A stretch of DNA of 64,000 bases, taken from assembly GCA_001643675.2 (NCBI GenBank), contig LSRY02000003.1, positions 930,001 to 994,000 of the forward strand. The letters run 5' to 3'. Under the pieces are notes generated by a model. The model was not told the origin of the DNA. It worked only from the letters and a program-made list of their open reading frames with translations, and ran no database searches. Positions 34,606 through 47,600 of this stretch are shown one piece after another. Every line of letters starts with the position of its first letter. The stretch's first letter is position 1. A program made the translations under genes and the position numbers. The DNA comes from Monocercomonoides exilis PA203 (Eukaryota > Protista > Preaxostyla).

Positions 34606-34860
34606 GGAATTTATATATTCTTCGATGAGATTCATCGACAGAAGCCAGAAAGCGATGCTTCAACACGAAAATGATAATTCCTTTATTGTTTGAGCAACTT
34701 TTGTGAGATTGATCATTTTTTCTTTGTTATTTATTTATTTTTTTAAAGAGGTATTTATTAACACATATATTTTAATGGAAATTCGTACAGATTGAAGTTT
34801 GGATGTTTCGTTATACTGTTAAAATTGCCTGTTTCATGCTTGTTTGAAAATGTCGGGACC

Positions 34861-34925
34861 TTTCTTTTCTTTTCTTTTCTTTTCTTTTCTTTTCTTTTCT
34901 TTTCTTTTCTTTTCTTTTCTTTTCT
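34861..34925. repeat. (TTTTC)n microsatellite, ~13 units
   Basis: Perfect pentanucleotide run in the intergenic spacer. Confidence 0.95.
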
Positions 34926-35613
34926 TTTTTTAAAGATTGAATATATACAGATAAAGAGAAAGTTTAATCATTTTCTTTTGTTTTTGATTCTGTTTCATTA
35001 TTTTTGTTTGTTTGTAATCTGTTTGCAAAATGTGTATATATTTCAATTCCTCCACCCCCCTAAAAAGCAAAAAACCTTACTTATTCATGATGTATTTCAA
35101 TATTTCCCAGAGAGAATTTCTCTGATTTTTTTTATCTCCGTGGAAATTTGATTGTTATTCTTTTTTTTTTTTTTTTAATTTTTCGTTTTTATTTTATTAA
35201 TTGATTCGAAAACATGAGAGTAACCGCAACAGTTTCAAAGACTACAATATTCATTCAGTATCCAAAAATATCCAAAGCAATTGAGTATTTCACATTGAAT
35301 GCAATTTGTTTTATGATAACAATCAATTGAAATCAATATTTCTTTTAAAAAGATGCCCGTGAACGGACTTTATGCTATGACTTGCACTATTTGATTAAGC
35401 GTTTTTGAAAATGGATTCACATCAAGAAATTCAACCTTTGTTGCAAATTCAAAATATCTAAAAAGTCAATCAAAACAACATTTGATGATACGCACATTAT
35501 GAGTGGTTATTATGCAGTAAACAAATTATTCAATTGAACAATTTTTGTTGTGAAAAATATAATAGTTACGATCAGAAGATTTTTTGGGGATTTATAAATT
35601 TCCCCACTGTTAA

Positions 35614-38600
35614 ATGCAGATTGCAATACCTCCTTCTTCATTTCCACTTTCAACTTTTTTGCACGTAGATTTTTGCAAATATGGAGAAAGAATGCGATTG
35701 CCAGGACTCATGTCAAATATGAATAATTATTTTTCTCATATTCCTAATTTGACTCAAAAAAGTTCCACCCTGCGTGGCAACGAAGAGACATCAAATAAAG
35801 ATGTATTGTATTTTTAATTGGATAAGTTTATGCTTTTTAATACTTTAATCAATTTAGAAAAAGAATGTTCTTCACAAGCCGCCGCTTATCAAGGAATTCA
35901 ATTTGTTCTTTTCGAGCAATTTTTCAAGCATTAAACAAAATTTAATACAGAAATATTGCTCCCAACCTCAACTCGTGAAAAATACTGTGTTTTCAACTCT
36001 TCGAATTTCACCTTTTCCAACGTCAAATCCATCGCAGAATTTTGAACATCTAAAAATTTCAAATCTTTCAGCATCGTATTTTCAGGGATATTACACTACC
36101 AGAGAATCCTCATCAGTTTGAAACACACCTTTTTTCCCAAAAATTGAAATATAAACACGTATTTTTGAAAAGTTTTCTTCAAGAACATGCTCTGCAATTG
36201 GGCGCTATTCTCCAATTCCTATTTTTTCTACTGCAGATCCCGAAGTTCCACTCATATTTCCGTTTGTGTTACAGTTTATTTTCAGATTTTCAACTATTTG
36301 TTTTATGGTTTTAGTCTGAATGATTATCTTCTTTCACTAGAATGCGTATCTGTATCGTTTCCTTACGCCCCATGCGTTTTTGAGCCCATGTTCTTCAGTT
36401 TTTGCTTGTACGACGTGGACAAAAAAGAAAAGCTCAGCGAAGATTTCTATTACGACTTCGAACCTGATTTCCTTCGAATGGATGACAACGATAATAAATC
36501 CGCTGCTGCTCCAAGCTCTTCAACAGCTCCAAACCAGAAGCCAAAGCGTGTGATATTCTCGTTCGACCCGTTTTCTGTGTCAAACGTCGTGCTTGTCGTG
36601 AAGGCATCGACAGTTCTGACTCCCTCTGCGGGGCAGACTGCCTATCAGGACTATCTGACTGAAGAAGAGGTGCTGAATGAGCTGCAAGACGGAGAGAGAG
36701 AGGCAACAGCACTCTATCAGCAGTCAGCAGCAGCCCAGTTTCACACTCAAAAGGGAGGTTCTGGGTCATTTTTCGCATCATCATCATCATCTTCGCCTTA
36801 TTCTTCACCTCAGAGCAAAACTGGGATGATGGGGCAACCAATGAATTCTTCTTCTTCTCCTTATACTTTTTCATCAGTTCCCCGCCAACCTGCTTCTACT
36901 GCGCCTCCTCAGTCTGCTTCTCCAATGACGTGTCTTCCTTCTCCTTTTGCTTCAGTTCAATCGAATTCTGTCGCAACAGCACGAATTTCTCAAGTCAAAC
37001 AAACTTCTTCCTCCTACTCCTCCTCTTCTTCTTCTCCATCAATATCAACAACGTCATCTTCGCCTTTGCCTTCTTCTTCTTCTGCTCGTCTTCCTCCTCC
37101 ACTTCCTCCTCCTTCGCGTGATTCACTCATCATCACTGATACTTCATCATTGTTTTCTTCTTCTTCTTCTTCTTCCTCATCTTCCTCTTCTCCTCCACCT
37201 TCCTCTTCTTCCTCACCACATCCACACAGAACAATCTCTTCCCACTCTCCTTCTTCTTCTCCTTCTTCTCCGCTTCCTGCTCCACTTGGCTCTGCAAATC
37301 AGAATGAAAACGCTGTTTGTCAGTCAGAATCTGCTGATGATGTCATTTCATCATCATCATCTTCATCATCATCATCTTCTTCTTCATCATCATCTGCACC
37401 AAATTCCACCTCATCTTTCAATCAGTTCCCATCCGATTCAAAGCAACAACCACTGCAACAGTCACAGCAACAACAACAATACAGCTCAGAATATCCTCAA
37501 GATGATTCAACTTCTTCTTCCTCTTCTCCCTCTTCTTCTTCTCTCCTCTCCTCTGGTATTTGCTTCTCCCCCGCCCTCGTTGCCCTTCAACAGCGCCACC
37601 GCAACCGCCTCGCCGCCTTCAAAGCACACAGACAGCCGTTTGGATGGACTTCCTATCCAATCTTCAACAGAGCCCGCCCCTTCTCTTCTTCTTCTTCTTC
37701 TTTCTCTTCTTCCTCTTCTTCTTCATTTCATTCATCTTCTGGCTTTATTTCTGGCTCAGGCAGTGTGAGTTCAGACGAGGCGAAGGAGATTGAGGCGCAG
37801 AGGAAAGAGAACAGACCCCAGATGTTTTCGCTGCTGCTTCATCCGTCTTCATCTGATCCTGCTCTTTCTTCTGCTATGCCTTCTTCTTCTTCTTCTTCCA
37901 ATCCAAATGGAGAATCAGCAACAACATCATCATCTTCTTCCTCTTCCTCCTCTTCTTCCTTCCCCTTCTGCCGCATCCCATCTGTCGAAGAGCCAGTTGA
38001 CATTATTCTCCCCACTCTCTTCCGCTCCACAGCTTCTTCTCTTTCTGAAGACGATTTGTTAGCCATCGTCGACAAACACACAAAAGTGCAGACAAAACGA
38101 AGGCTTCTTCGGATGAAGCAGGAAAACGCGTTGAGGAGGCAGATGATGTATGCTGAGCAGATGGCAAAGGCAAATAACAATAATAATAACAATAACAGTA
38201 ATAATAATAATATAAGTGGAGGTGGCTTTAATAATGCAATGAATGGAGCAGGCGACGGAAACAATACACTTTCTGGCTCTTCTTCTTCTTCTTCTGCTAA
38301 TTTGGGAAATTATCCAGGAGAAGGAGAAGAAATACGCCATCAATCTCAACAGAATGAATTATCTGGATCTTCTCAAAGAGAAATGTCTTCTTCTGCTTCT
38401 TCGAATTTTTCGTTACAAACACACGAAGCTGCTGGAATGAGTGGTTACATATCATCACAGTCAGGTGGAATATCAAGTGGATTTTCATCTTCTTATTCTG
38501 TTAATTCTCCAAATTCAATTTCATCATCACCTTCATCCTCCTCTTTTTCTTCCTCGTCCTCTTCTTCTTCTTCTTCTCTCTCCTCTGACCCCACACGCCC

Positions 38601-41600
38601 TGACCTCTCTCGCCTCACCAAGCCCAAATCAGCCTCCAAAAAGCTCCATTCTGAACTCGATGCCCTGTCTGACGAGGAAGAAGACGAGATATTCGGCGCC
38701 GACGGATTGGGCGGTTCATCCGCTGCGTCTGCCATTGCCAATGCTGATTCGCTGGCTGCGTTGGCGATACCGATGAGGCTGAAACTTCGAGTGTGTCTTG
38801 TCCAGAAGGCGAAGCTGAAGGAAGGGCTGCTGCTTCCAATGAACAACATCTTCTTTCCGGCGAGTAATTACGCTACTCAGGCGTTTAATGAGGCGGAGTT
38901 GAGTTATCCACCTCCAATTCCTGCTTCAATAGGCTCATCATCATCATCATCTTCTTCTTCTTCATTGCCTTCTTCTTCTTCTTCTTCTCTTCTTGCTGTT
39001 CCTCTTTCAATCTCTCCATTTGCTGCCCAATCGTCCTTTTTGCAGCCGGCGCCACCGCCTTCAGTGCCAAACCTTATTGCCAGTAAAGACAGCACTTTGC
39101 AACAGCAGAAGAAAGATAAGGAAAAGAATGAGAAAGAGAAAGAGAAAGAGGAAAAATTTGAGGAGATGAAAGGAAATGATCTCAAAAATGACAGTTTTTC
39201 ATCAATAACGACATCTTCATCATTCTCTTCTTCTTCTTCCTCCTCTTCCTCTTCCTCTTCTCCTCTTTCTCTCTCCTCCCACTCCCACACCCGCCTCGCT
39301 CTCGCCTTCCCTTCTGCCAACCCTGTCCTTCCTAACCTCACTTTCCTCCATCTTCTCTATTTGTACCCGCAGCGCGTCTCCTTCTTTGGCATCTCTTTTC
39401 CCCGCGACGTTTCTTTCCGAAACGTCCAGCTCGAAGTGCGTTTCCGCTCCACCGACACAAATTCGGGTGCATCTTCCATTGCAAACGGTGTTTTTGACCC
39501 GAAAGACGAGCAGGAAAACAGCCTGCCGCTGTTTTTCAGTGCTTCTGAGTCGCATCAGCTCATCCGGACACGCAAGTGCTGCATGATGTACCACTCACAC
39601 CCCGCCTCCTTCGGCGACGAAGTGAAAATCCGGCTGCCTTTCTTCCTTCTCCCCACACACCACATCCTCTTCACTTTCTACCACATCACCTGCAAACTGG
39701 TTAGGAAATCACAGGCGGTGGTGAAGAAGTTCCTTGCTCATGCTGTTTTGCCCTTAACACCAAAAGGCGGGTTCTTCTCAAGAGAACATCCGGCTGTGAC
39801 TTTGCCCTTGTACCGCCAGCTGCCTCAGAACTACGTGGCGAGTGTGATTGCTGACGCAGTTAGCTTGGCTTCAACAGGACAGTCGCCGTATTCTTCATCT
39901 GGTGCATTATCTTCTTCTTCTTCTTCATCGATATCTTCTGCTTCTTTGGTTTCTTCTTCGATTTCTTCTGCTTCCTCTTCCCCTCCTACTTCTTCTTCTG
40001 GTGGCCTGCACATCCAACAGCCTCCTCCTCCTCCTTCTTCCTCTTCCTCTTCCTCTCTCATTTCTCCTGTTGCCTTGCTCCATCGTGTTTCGCAGAAGAA
40101 AGTGGCTTCTTTCTCTCTTCGCCATCGAATTGTCTCTTCGCTCCTGCCTAACAACACACCCGTCGCTGACTTCATCGCCAATGCTTCGTCTATCTCGACA
40201 ACTGCCTTATCTGCTTGCTCAGTGCTGCCTTCTCCTTCCCCTTCTTCTCCTTCTTCCCCTTCTTCTTCTTCTTCTTCTTCTTCTTCTTCTTCTTTGAATC
40301 ACCGAAATTCGTCATCAGCTTCAACAAATTCTATTCCATCGTTATCATCATTACCATCATCACATTCCTCTGACTCTTCCATTGGAAGCCCCCGTTTCTC
40401 TACAACCACCGCCAATCCATCTGACTCATTAAAACTAGAAAAAGCTCTCCATCAGTTCGATTTGAGCATGCGTTCTATGCCTCACATGGAGCTGGCGTTC
40501 CAAAGAATGCTCGATGAACACCGAATGAAATGCTACGAAAGAATTGAAAGACCTTCTTTTTCTTGTTCAGATCGCGTTGTTGCTTCAGGGGAGAATTCAG
40601 GATTTGCACAAATTCCATTGAATTCCAGTCAGAACACTCAACAGCCGCAGCGCACAACTTCTCCACTCCCGCCTTATTCTTCGACTTCATCTCCTGCTAA
40701 TCGTGCAGCTTCTATTTCTCCTTCTCCCTCTTCTCTTTCTCTCTCTCCTTCTTCCCCATCTTCTCATTCTTCCTTCCCCCAATCCCTTCCCTCTGCTGTT
40801 TCCATTGTTCCAATCACTCATTTGCTTCAGCTTACCATCAACACCCTCGTCGGCGGGCCTTTCACCTCCAACCGCTTCTGGCAGCTTGTAGAGGATTCAG
40901 TTGCATCTGGAGGCAGTTTGAATGGCAATTCTCAGTTTGGAGGAGGAGGAGGAGGAAACGGAAGCATGTGGAGAAGGGCCAGTGAGGCGTGCTTGAAGGA
41001 GTCTGTGCCTTTCTTCCCGGTTCTGCTGAAGATGATGCTTGTTGGGCTGACAAACGAGTTTGTGATGCAAAGAGAGGAATATGCAAAGTTCACAAAAACA
41101 GATTTTAGGAAAGAGGAAGAAGTTGAAAAAGAGGCAAAGAAAGATGAGTTTGATCAATCAAATGTTTTGTATGAAAGCAAAAAATGTGTTGTGGATAATC
41201 GGCAGCTTTCTCTACTGGAGACAATTCCTTCCACAAACATTCACACACTCTCATTGTTTGCATATGCTGAGGCAACTCCTGTGAATGTTATTTCTCAAAT
41301 TAGCAATCAAATGACCTCTGGTACATCACAAACAGCAGCAGAATCTTCTTCTTCCCCATATTCACCACCTCCTTCCCTTTGCTCCTCTCCTTCTCTTTCC
41401 TCTCCCTCATTCTTCCACAATCGCGTTGGCTTCAACACATTTGCTTCAATGCTTAGGTTATTGGAGTATACGCTTGGCCCTCTTGTTCCTTTTTGGGAAC
41501 GCGGATTTGACCGAAAGCTGAACAATGACTTCAAATCGTATGAGGCAACTGACTTGGAAGAGGAGATGATGGAGAGCAAAGAAGAGACTAAGAGGAAAAT

Positions 41601-44600
41601 AACCAACAATAACAGCAAAACGATTGTGATGCGCCGTCAAGGAAGAAAAGGAGAGGCAGATGGGAGTGGTGCAAGAAGAAAAGGAAACGATGGCTTTAAA
41701 AGCAGAAAGAACAGCAAAAGCACCAAAGTTAATGAAAATACGAATCAACAAGCAGAAGGCAGTGCAGACGCTGCTGTTGATCCTGATGATAGCAGCTCGC
41801 TTTTGCAGGAATCGAGTTCAGGTGAAGAAGGTGTTGATGATGAAGATGATGAAGAGATTAGGAGAGATGCGAACAAGATAGGAAAAGGGGAAGAAGCTGT
41901 TGGAGCATCAGAGATGGATAAGAAAAAGGAGCTGTATGGAACAGATGAGGAAGGAGACGAAGAAGGAGACAAAGAAGATGAATACGAAGAAAATAGAGAT
42001 GAGAAAGGAGAAGAAGAGAACGATGGAGAAAGCGAAGAATATGAGGAATATGAGGAATATGAAGATGAAGGAGAAGATGAAGCAGAAATGGAAGGATTTG
42101 AAAAGGAAGGAGAAGAGGAAGAGGAAGAGGAAGCGGAAGAAGATGGCATGAACTCTTTGCTCAGAGCAGCGACCATTCAAATCCAACCAAATCAACAGGG
42201 AAGAGGCAATACATCAGCAGACAGCAGTTTGGACAGGGCAGATTCAATTGAAGCAGAATACGACATAATCGATCTGAAGGAAGGGGTGCCTGACAATTCG
42301 AAGAGCAGAGAGATCAAAAGGAGAAGAGGCAAAGCAGCCAACAATGACTCATCGTCTTCTTCTGAAGGGGAAAGCGGAGAAAACGAGTCTGTTAGGAGGA
42401 ATGGGAAAGGAAGCATCATCGAAGACGAGGATGAAGACGAAGAAGACGCCATTGCAGCAGCAGTTCGACTAGCACACAGGCAGCTGAAGAGGAGGCAGGA
42501 CAATCGTGTTCAGTTGGGCAACTTCCGCTTTCGGCCGAACCAAAACACTCCCGTCACGAATGTGGAGATGATTCCGCAGACATTCACGCAGATGGTGCTG
42601 AACAAAGGAGCACCAATCACTCTTTCACACATCTTCATCTCGAAGCTGTGGCAGATCCATCCGTTGAGGCTGTTTGTGAGCTCGTTTGCAGACAACTTTT
42701 TGAGGGAAAAGGGAGTGGCACAGTCGATTGCAGAGCCTGTGCTGTTCTTCTGGATGCAGATGATGGAGGCAGCAGTCATCGCGAAGCTGTCGAACTTGGC
42801 AAGGAGCAAAACAAAAGGGAATAAAAACAATGAAGTTCAATCGATTCCTGGACACATTCATTCTGAGTCTCCTTCTCGCTTCAGTTCGCAATTATCTCAG
42901 CAGCATCAGCAGCATCAGCCTCCACAATCACCTTACAAGTCTCGTTATGTTCCACCTCCTTCTGCACAAAGCCACTTTTCTGGTGTTAAACAGCCAGTTG
43001 CACTGCCTTCGCTTTCATCTGGCTTGTTTTTATCATCTTCACCTTCTTCTTCAAATGCGTTTGTTTCTTCTTCTTTCGAGTTCATCCCATCTGTTGATGC
43101 ATCACCGAATGATATTTTCCGCTTTTCGTGGTTTTTGTTTTCGCTTGTGTGGAAGTCACTTGCTATTATTGCCTATCAAAAGAGAGAGGAGAGAAAGAAA
43201 GATGCCAAATGTGATAGAATATCAAAAATTAACACAGAACAAACAACTTCTCCAGATGAATCTTCAAGCAATGCATCTGTTCTTCCTCCTGGTTTTTTCA
43301 CGCTACTTTCTTCATTCGCATGCACTTCTTTGCATCTTATCCACATTTTCTTGAATGAATGCAATGGTTTCCTCGACCCCTGCATTTACTCGTTCATCGG
43401 CTCTTTCTCTTTGTTCCTGACTGATTTGTGGGGATTAGTGGAAGATTCCACCGAACGCTGCCAGGTTACGTCGATGGTGCTTCTGCTGCTGAAGCTGCTG
43501 GATGAGAACAGCGCTGCTGAAATCATCGGCGCGAAGATGAAGAGCTGGTTTGTGAAGGAAGAAGGATGTGCAAGTGGTTGTGTGGATGTTGTGAATAACT
43601 CTGTTTGTGGATCATCATCATCTTCTTCTTCTTCTTTATCAGCATCATCATTTGCCTCGCCTTCTGTTTTTTGCTTATCAAACAAGCCAGTTCCAATCAC
43701 CACAGTTGCACAGCAGAAGATGAAGAACATGAAAGCGCTTTCTGTTCTGAAGACGGCTGCTCTGCGGATTCTGATGCAATGCAATGGATGGGTACAGGAG
43801 ATGATGGCAGGAAGCATCGACGCTTGGAATATCATCATGAAAGGAACAGTTGATCAATATTCGGAGAGAGAAAAGAAAGCAGACGACAAAATGTGTTTCA
43901 GTGCAAATGGAAAAATTAATGAAAAAATTTATAATAAAGTGAGTGATTCTGCTGAGTCATTATCTATTTCTCCGCTCCATCTTTCTCCTTCTTCTTCACC
44001 TCTTTCTCCCATTTCTCAAGTATGTCGTTGGTGGAGCCCTTCCATTCATCCAGACGCTGTTTCTGATTCTTTGCTTCTTGTTCACTCAACTATTTTGATT
44101 CTCTGGGAGATGTATTCGATAAGCCTGGGTTATTATTACTCTCCTCGCAATGCGTCCAGTGCAAGTCCGTTGCCTGCTGCTTCTTCGACTCCTCTTTCTT
44201 TCACTTCTTCCTCTCCCTCTTCTTCCTCTCCTTCTGATGCAGATTCTGATATAACCTCAATCCAGAATGTAACAACACCCACAGAAAAGCTAGAAGACAA
44301 AGAAGATAAACCAGAGCCCCTGCGAAAGGTATCGACGTCTTCTGTTCCATCCTCTCCTTCACGAAGCACATCCGTTTCTTCAACTTCTCAATCAACTGCC
44401 TCAACATCATTGTCTTCTTCATCTCAAATTCCAATGAAAGAATGCCCAGTCACAGTGTTTGACTTGGTTAATGCATCAGACGTGCCTTCTCCTCCTTCGC
44501 AGTCACCTTCTTCTTCTTCTTTCGGTTCGGTGCCTTCAAATAACAATCCTCAACGCTCAATCTCTGACTCATCGCAGGATTCAATGAAACAGAACGAATT

Positions 44601-47600
44601 GTCTGATAAGTCGGATGCATCAGCCGGTGCATCTTCATTATGTTTTTCATCATCATCATCATCTTCCTCTTTATATCCTTTCTCACTTACAACTTCTGTT
44701 CCCTTGAATCAATCTGAGATTAAGCAATACACCATTTACGAGCTGCCTACAGGAATTTCTCTCAAATTTTTAAGTTTGCATCCGTTCCAGCTGCTTCGGA
44801 TGTTTTTGGTGAAGATTGACACATTCACTTTGCCTGCTGGCTGCTCGTTTCCTTCTTCAAAATCAATAAACTCATTTTCATCATCATCATCATCAACAAC
44901 AACAACATCATCTTCTTCTTCCTCCTCCTCTTCTTCTTCTCTCTCCCCTGACTTTTCTCTTTCTCTCTTCTTCCCATTCAACATGAGCGATAGTTCTTCC
45001 ACTTCATCTCCACTCCCACTCATTTCCACTCATCCAATAACTGTTCCACAAACATTCCGAATGGCACTGGCAAACAGCCTCTTCTTGTTCTTTGCTGTCA
45101 CAATCGGATGGATTGATCAGCTGGAACTCCTTTTGCAGCGTTCTGCTTCAAATTCATCATCATCATCATCTTCTTCTTCCTCCTCTGCTTCTTCTGCTTT
45201 CTCAACCACCACATTTTCAGCAGAGGCTGATGACTTGTATGATTGTGTGCTTTGCTGCCTGTGGATTTTAAGAAACGTTCCAATCTCCACCTTCAGAGCT
45301 TGGCTGGCTGACAATCCGACTATCAAGCCTTCCTATTCAACTGCTTCTCCAACCTCACATTCCTCTTCTTCTATTTCTACTTCGTCATCTTCATCCTCTT
45401 CTACATCTTCTTCGAGTTCATTCACTTCAGAGATCTTTGAATCATCAACATCAGCTTCTTCTTCCTCTTCCTCTTCCACTCCTTTCCTCACAAAAGAGCA
45501 GAAAGTCAATGGAATTTTGAAGTTTGTGGCGGTCTGCTTTTCTCTCTTCAACGAAGGTGCCATCACCAAGCGGCTGAAAAAGGAGTACAGGAAATGGCAA
45601 AATAGTATCTATAGGCCAAATTCGTCACTCAAAGCGGAGGCGGTTTTGGGTGTGGACATGCTCTTTTATCCAGCAATCACCTCGCCAAACACAGTGCATC
45701 CGATGTATCCTTCTTCTATCACTTTCAATCAGTCGCTGTCTTCTTCCTCTTCTTCTGCTTCTTTGAGCACAGCTGGCGATGTGATTGCAGATGGCACAAT
45801 GCCAAAGTTCCAAATGTCTGCCACTCTCAATCCACAGCTCTTGTCTTCTTCGAATGCATCTCTCTCCTCTTTTCGCTCAACTTCTCTGCGAAGTGTAGCG
45901 TCTAGTGCAGAGTTCCAAAGGTATTCTGGAATGTCAACTTTGTCGTCTCAATCAACAATGCGGCAGACAGCAAAGAGAAATGCACAGAGAACGATCAGCC
46001 AACAAAACTTGAATGGATATGAAGAGACAGCAACAACAGCAGTCGGGACAGTTCAGTGGATTCTGTTGCATTTGTTGCATGAAACGATGATTGTCGCATT
46101 CTACGGAAGGTGTTTTGTGGAGGAGCTGAATGAAAACACACTGAAGAAGGCGAAGGATATTGAAAGTGCACTCAAACTGAATAGCAGAAATGGTAAACAG
46201 GAGAATAAAGAAAGCTTTGCAAAGAGTGGGAAAGAAGCAAACACAGAAAAAGATACTAAAACAAAACATAAAGCGCAGTTGGATGCTTCTGATGTGCAGT
46301 GGGGTTTGGCAGAATTTGTGTCAGACACTCACTCTCAAAACACTATGCAAAAGCCGAAAACACACAATTTGCTATTGGAGAAGAATGCTTCTTCCGAATT
46401 TTCAGGTTCAAAGACGCTGAGTGGGGCTGGAGAAAAAGAGCGATCTGGAACAGCCCTCTCAACACTCGGCGGCACATCGAAATTGACTCATTTGGCTTCC
46501 ATTTCAGGTCCAACCCCATCTGCAGCCCCAGCTTCATTTTCTGCACATTCACTTCAGAGGCTGTCATCGACAATTGAAAAGAAACACTTTATGATGCAAA
46601 AAGAGGAAGAAGCTAAAAGGCTCGATGGGTTGTGGATGAACCGTGTTCTGAGAGATGTGGCTGATGAGATTTTGAGTTCGTCTTCAAAAGGCAACAATTC
46701 TTTACACTCATCAACTCAACAACAAGCATCTTCAATCTCAGTTTCGTCAGTCAGAAGCACTTTTGAGAAGAGCAGCGATTCACGCACACTTTCTTCTACT
46801 TCTTCTCCGTCGCCTTCTTCTCCTTTCGTCCAATCTTCATCTTCAGTTCAAAACTTATCTTCGCGTCTGCCGATTGATCATTTCACTTCTCCGATGTCGG
46901 TCTTTGTAGATGAAGCAGAAACACTCGGAACGTCACCAGCTGTTGTCACTGTGCTTCGAAGGGGAACTTATCTGCTTTCAGCTTCTTCTGCCAATAAAGT
47001 TAGTGCTGTTAAGTTACAATTATCAAAGAAGGCGGGATCTTCAGATGGAAGCAGTGAAAGAAGGCTGATTGCAGCTTGCGTTCCATCTCCAGATTCATCT
47101 TCCTCTTCCTATTTTTCTGCTTTTTGGACTTTATTCAACAAAATGCTCTCTCTTTTCATCTCTTCTGCATCTCAGCTTTCATCATCATCTTCAAGATTCT
47201 CTTCTTCTTTCGCTCCTTCTTCCATCACTTCATCCTCATCCCAGTCTCTTCACGAAGCCAGCGATCGTTCAAGCATCGCAGCTCTGCTTTCACCTCTTTT
47301 ATTTGCACTGGGACGTCTCTTGGCGAGCCATTCAGGCCATTTCCTCTTCGAAGAGCAGCATTTGGAACAACACTGTGCTTTTCTGTGCTTCCAGCTGGTT
47401 TATGCGCTCACTTTGCCAATTCCTATCATTCGTGATGGCGCAGGTTCATTGCTTTTGCTGCTGTTTAAGCTCAACATGCACACGAGTCGCACAATTCTGC
47501 GGATGAAGACTCAATTGACAGTTGCATTGACACAATTACAGAATGTAGGAGAAAGTGAAGAGGCAAGATTATCGCAGTGTCTGCTGGAGATGCGCAACTT

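Noticed and set aside
34792-35151. 119-aa hydrophobic ORF
   Set aside because: Translation of the (TTTTC)n microsatellite and T-rich spacer.
36187-36314. Listed ORF start for the DOCK gene
   Set aside because: It reads through intron 36262-36314; the spliced model links upstream exons in another frame.
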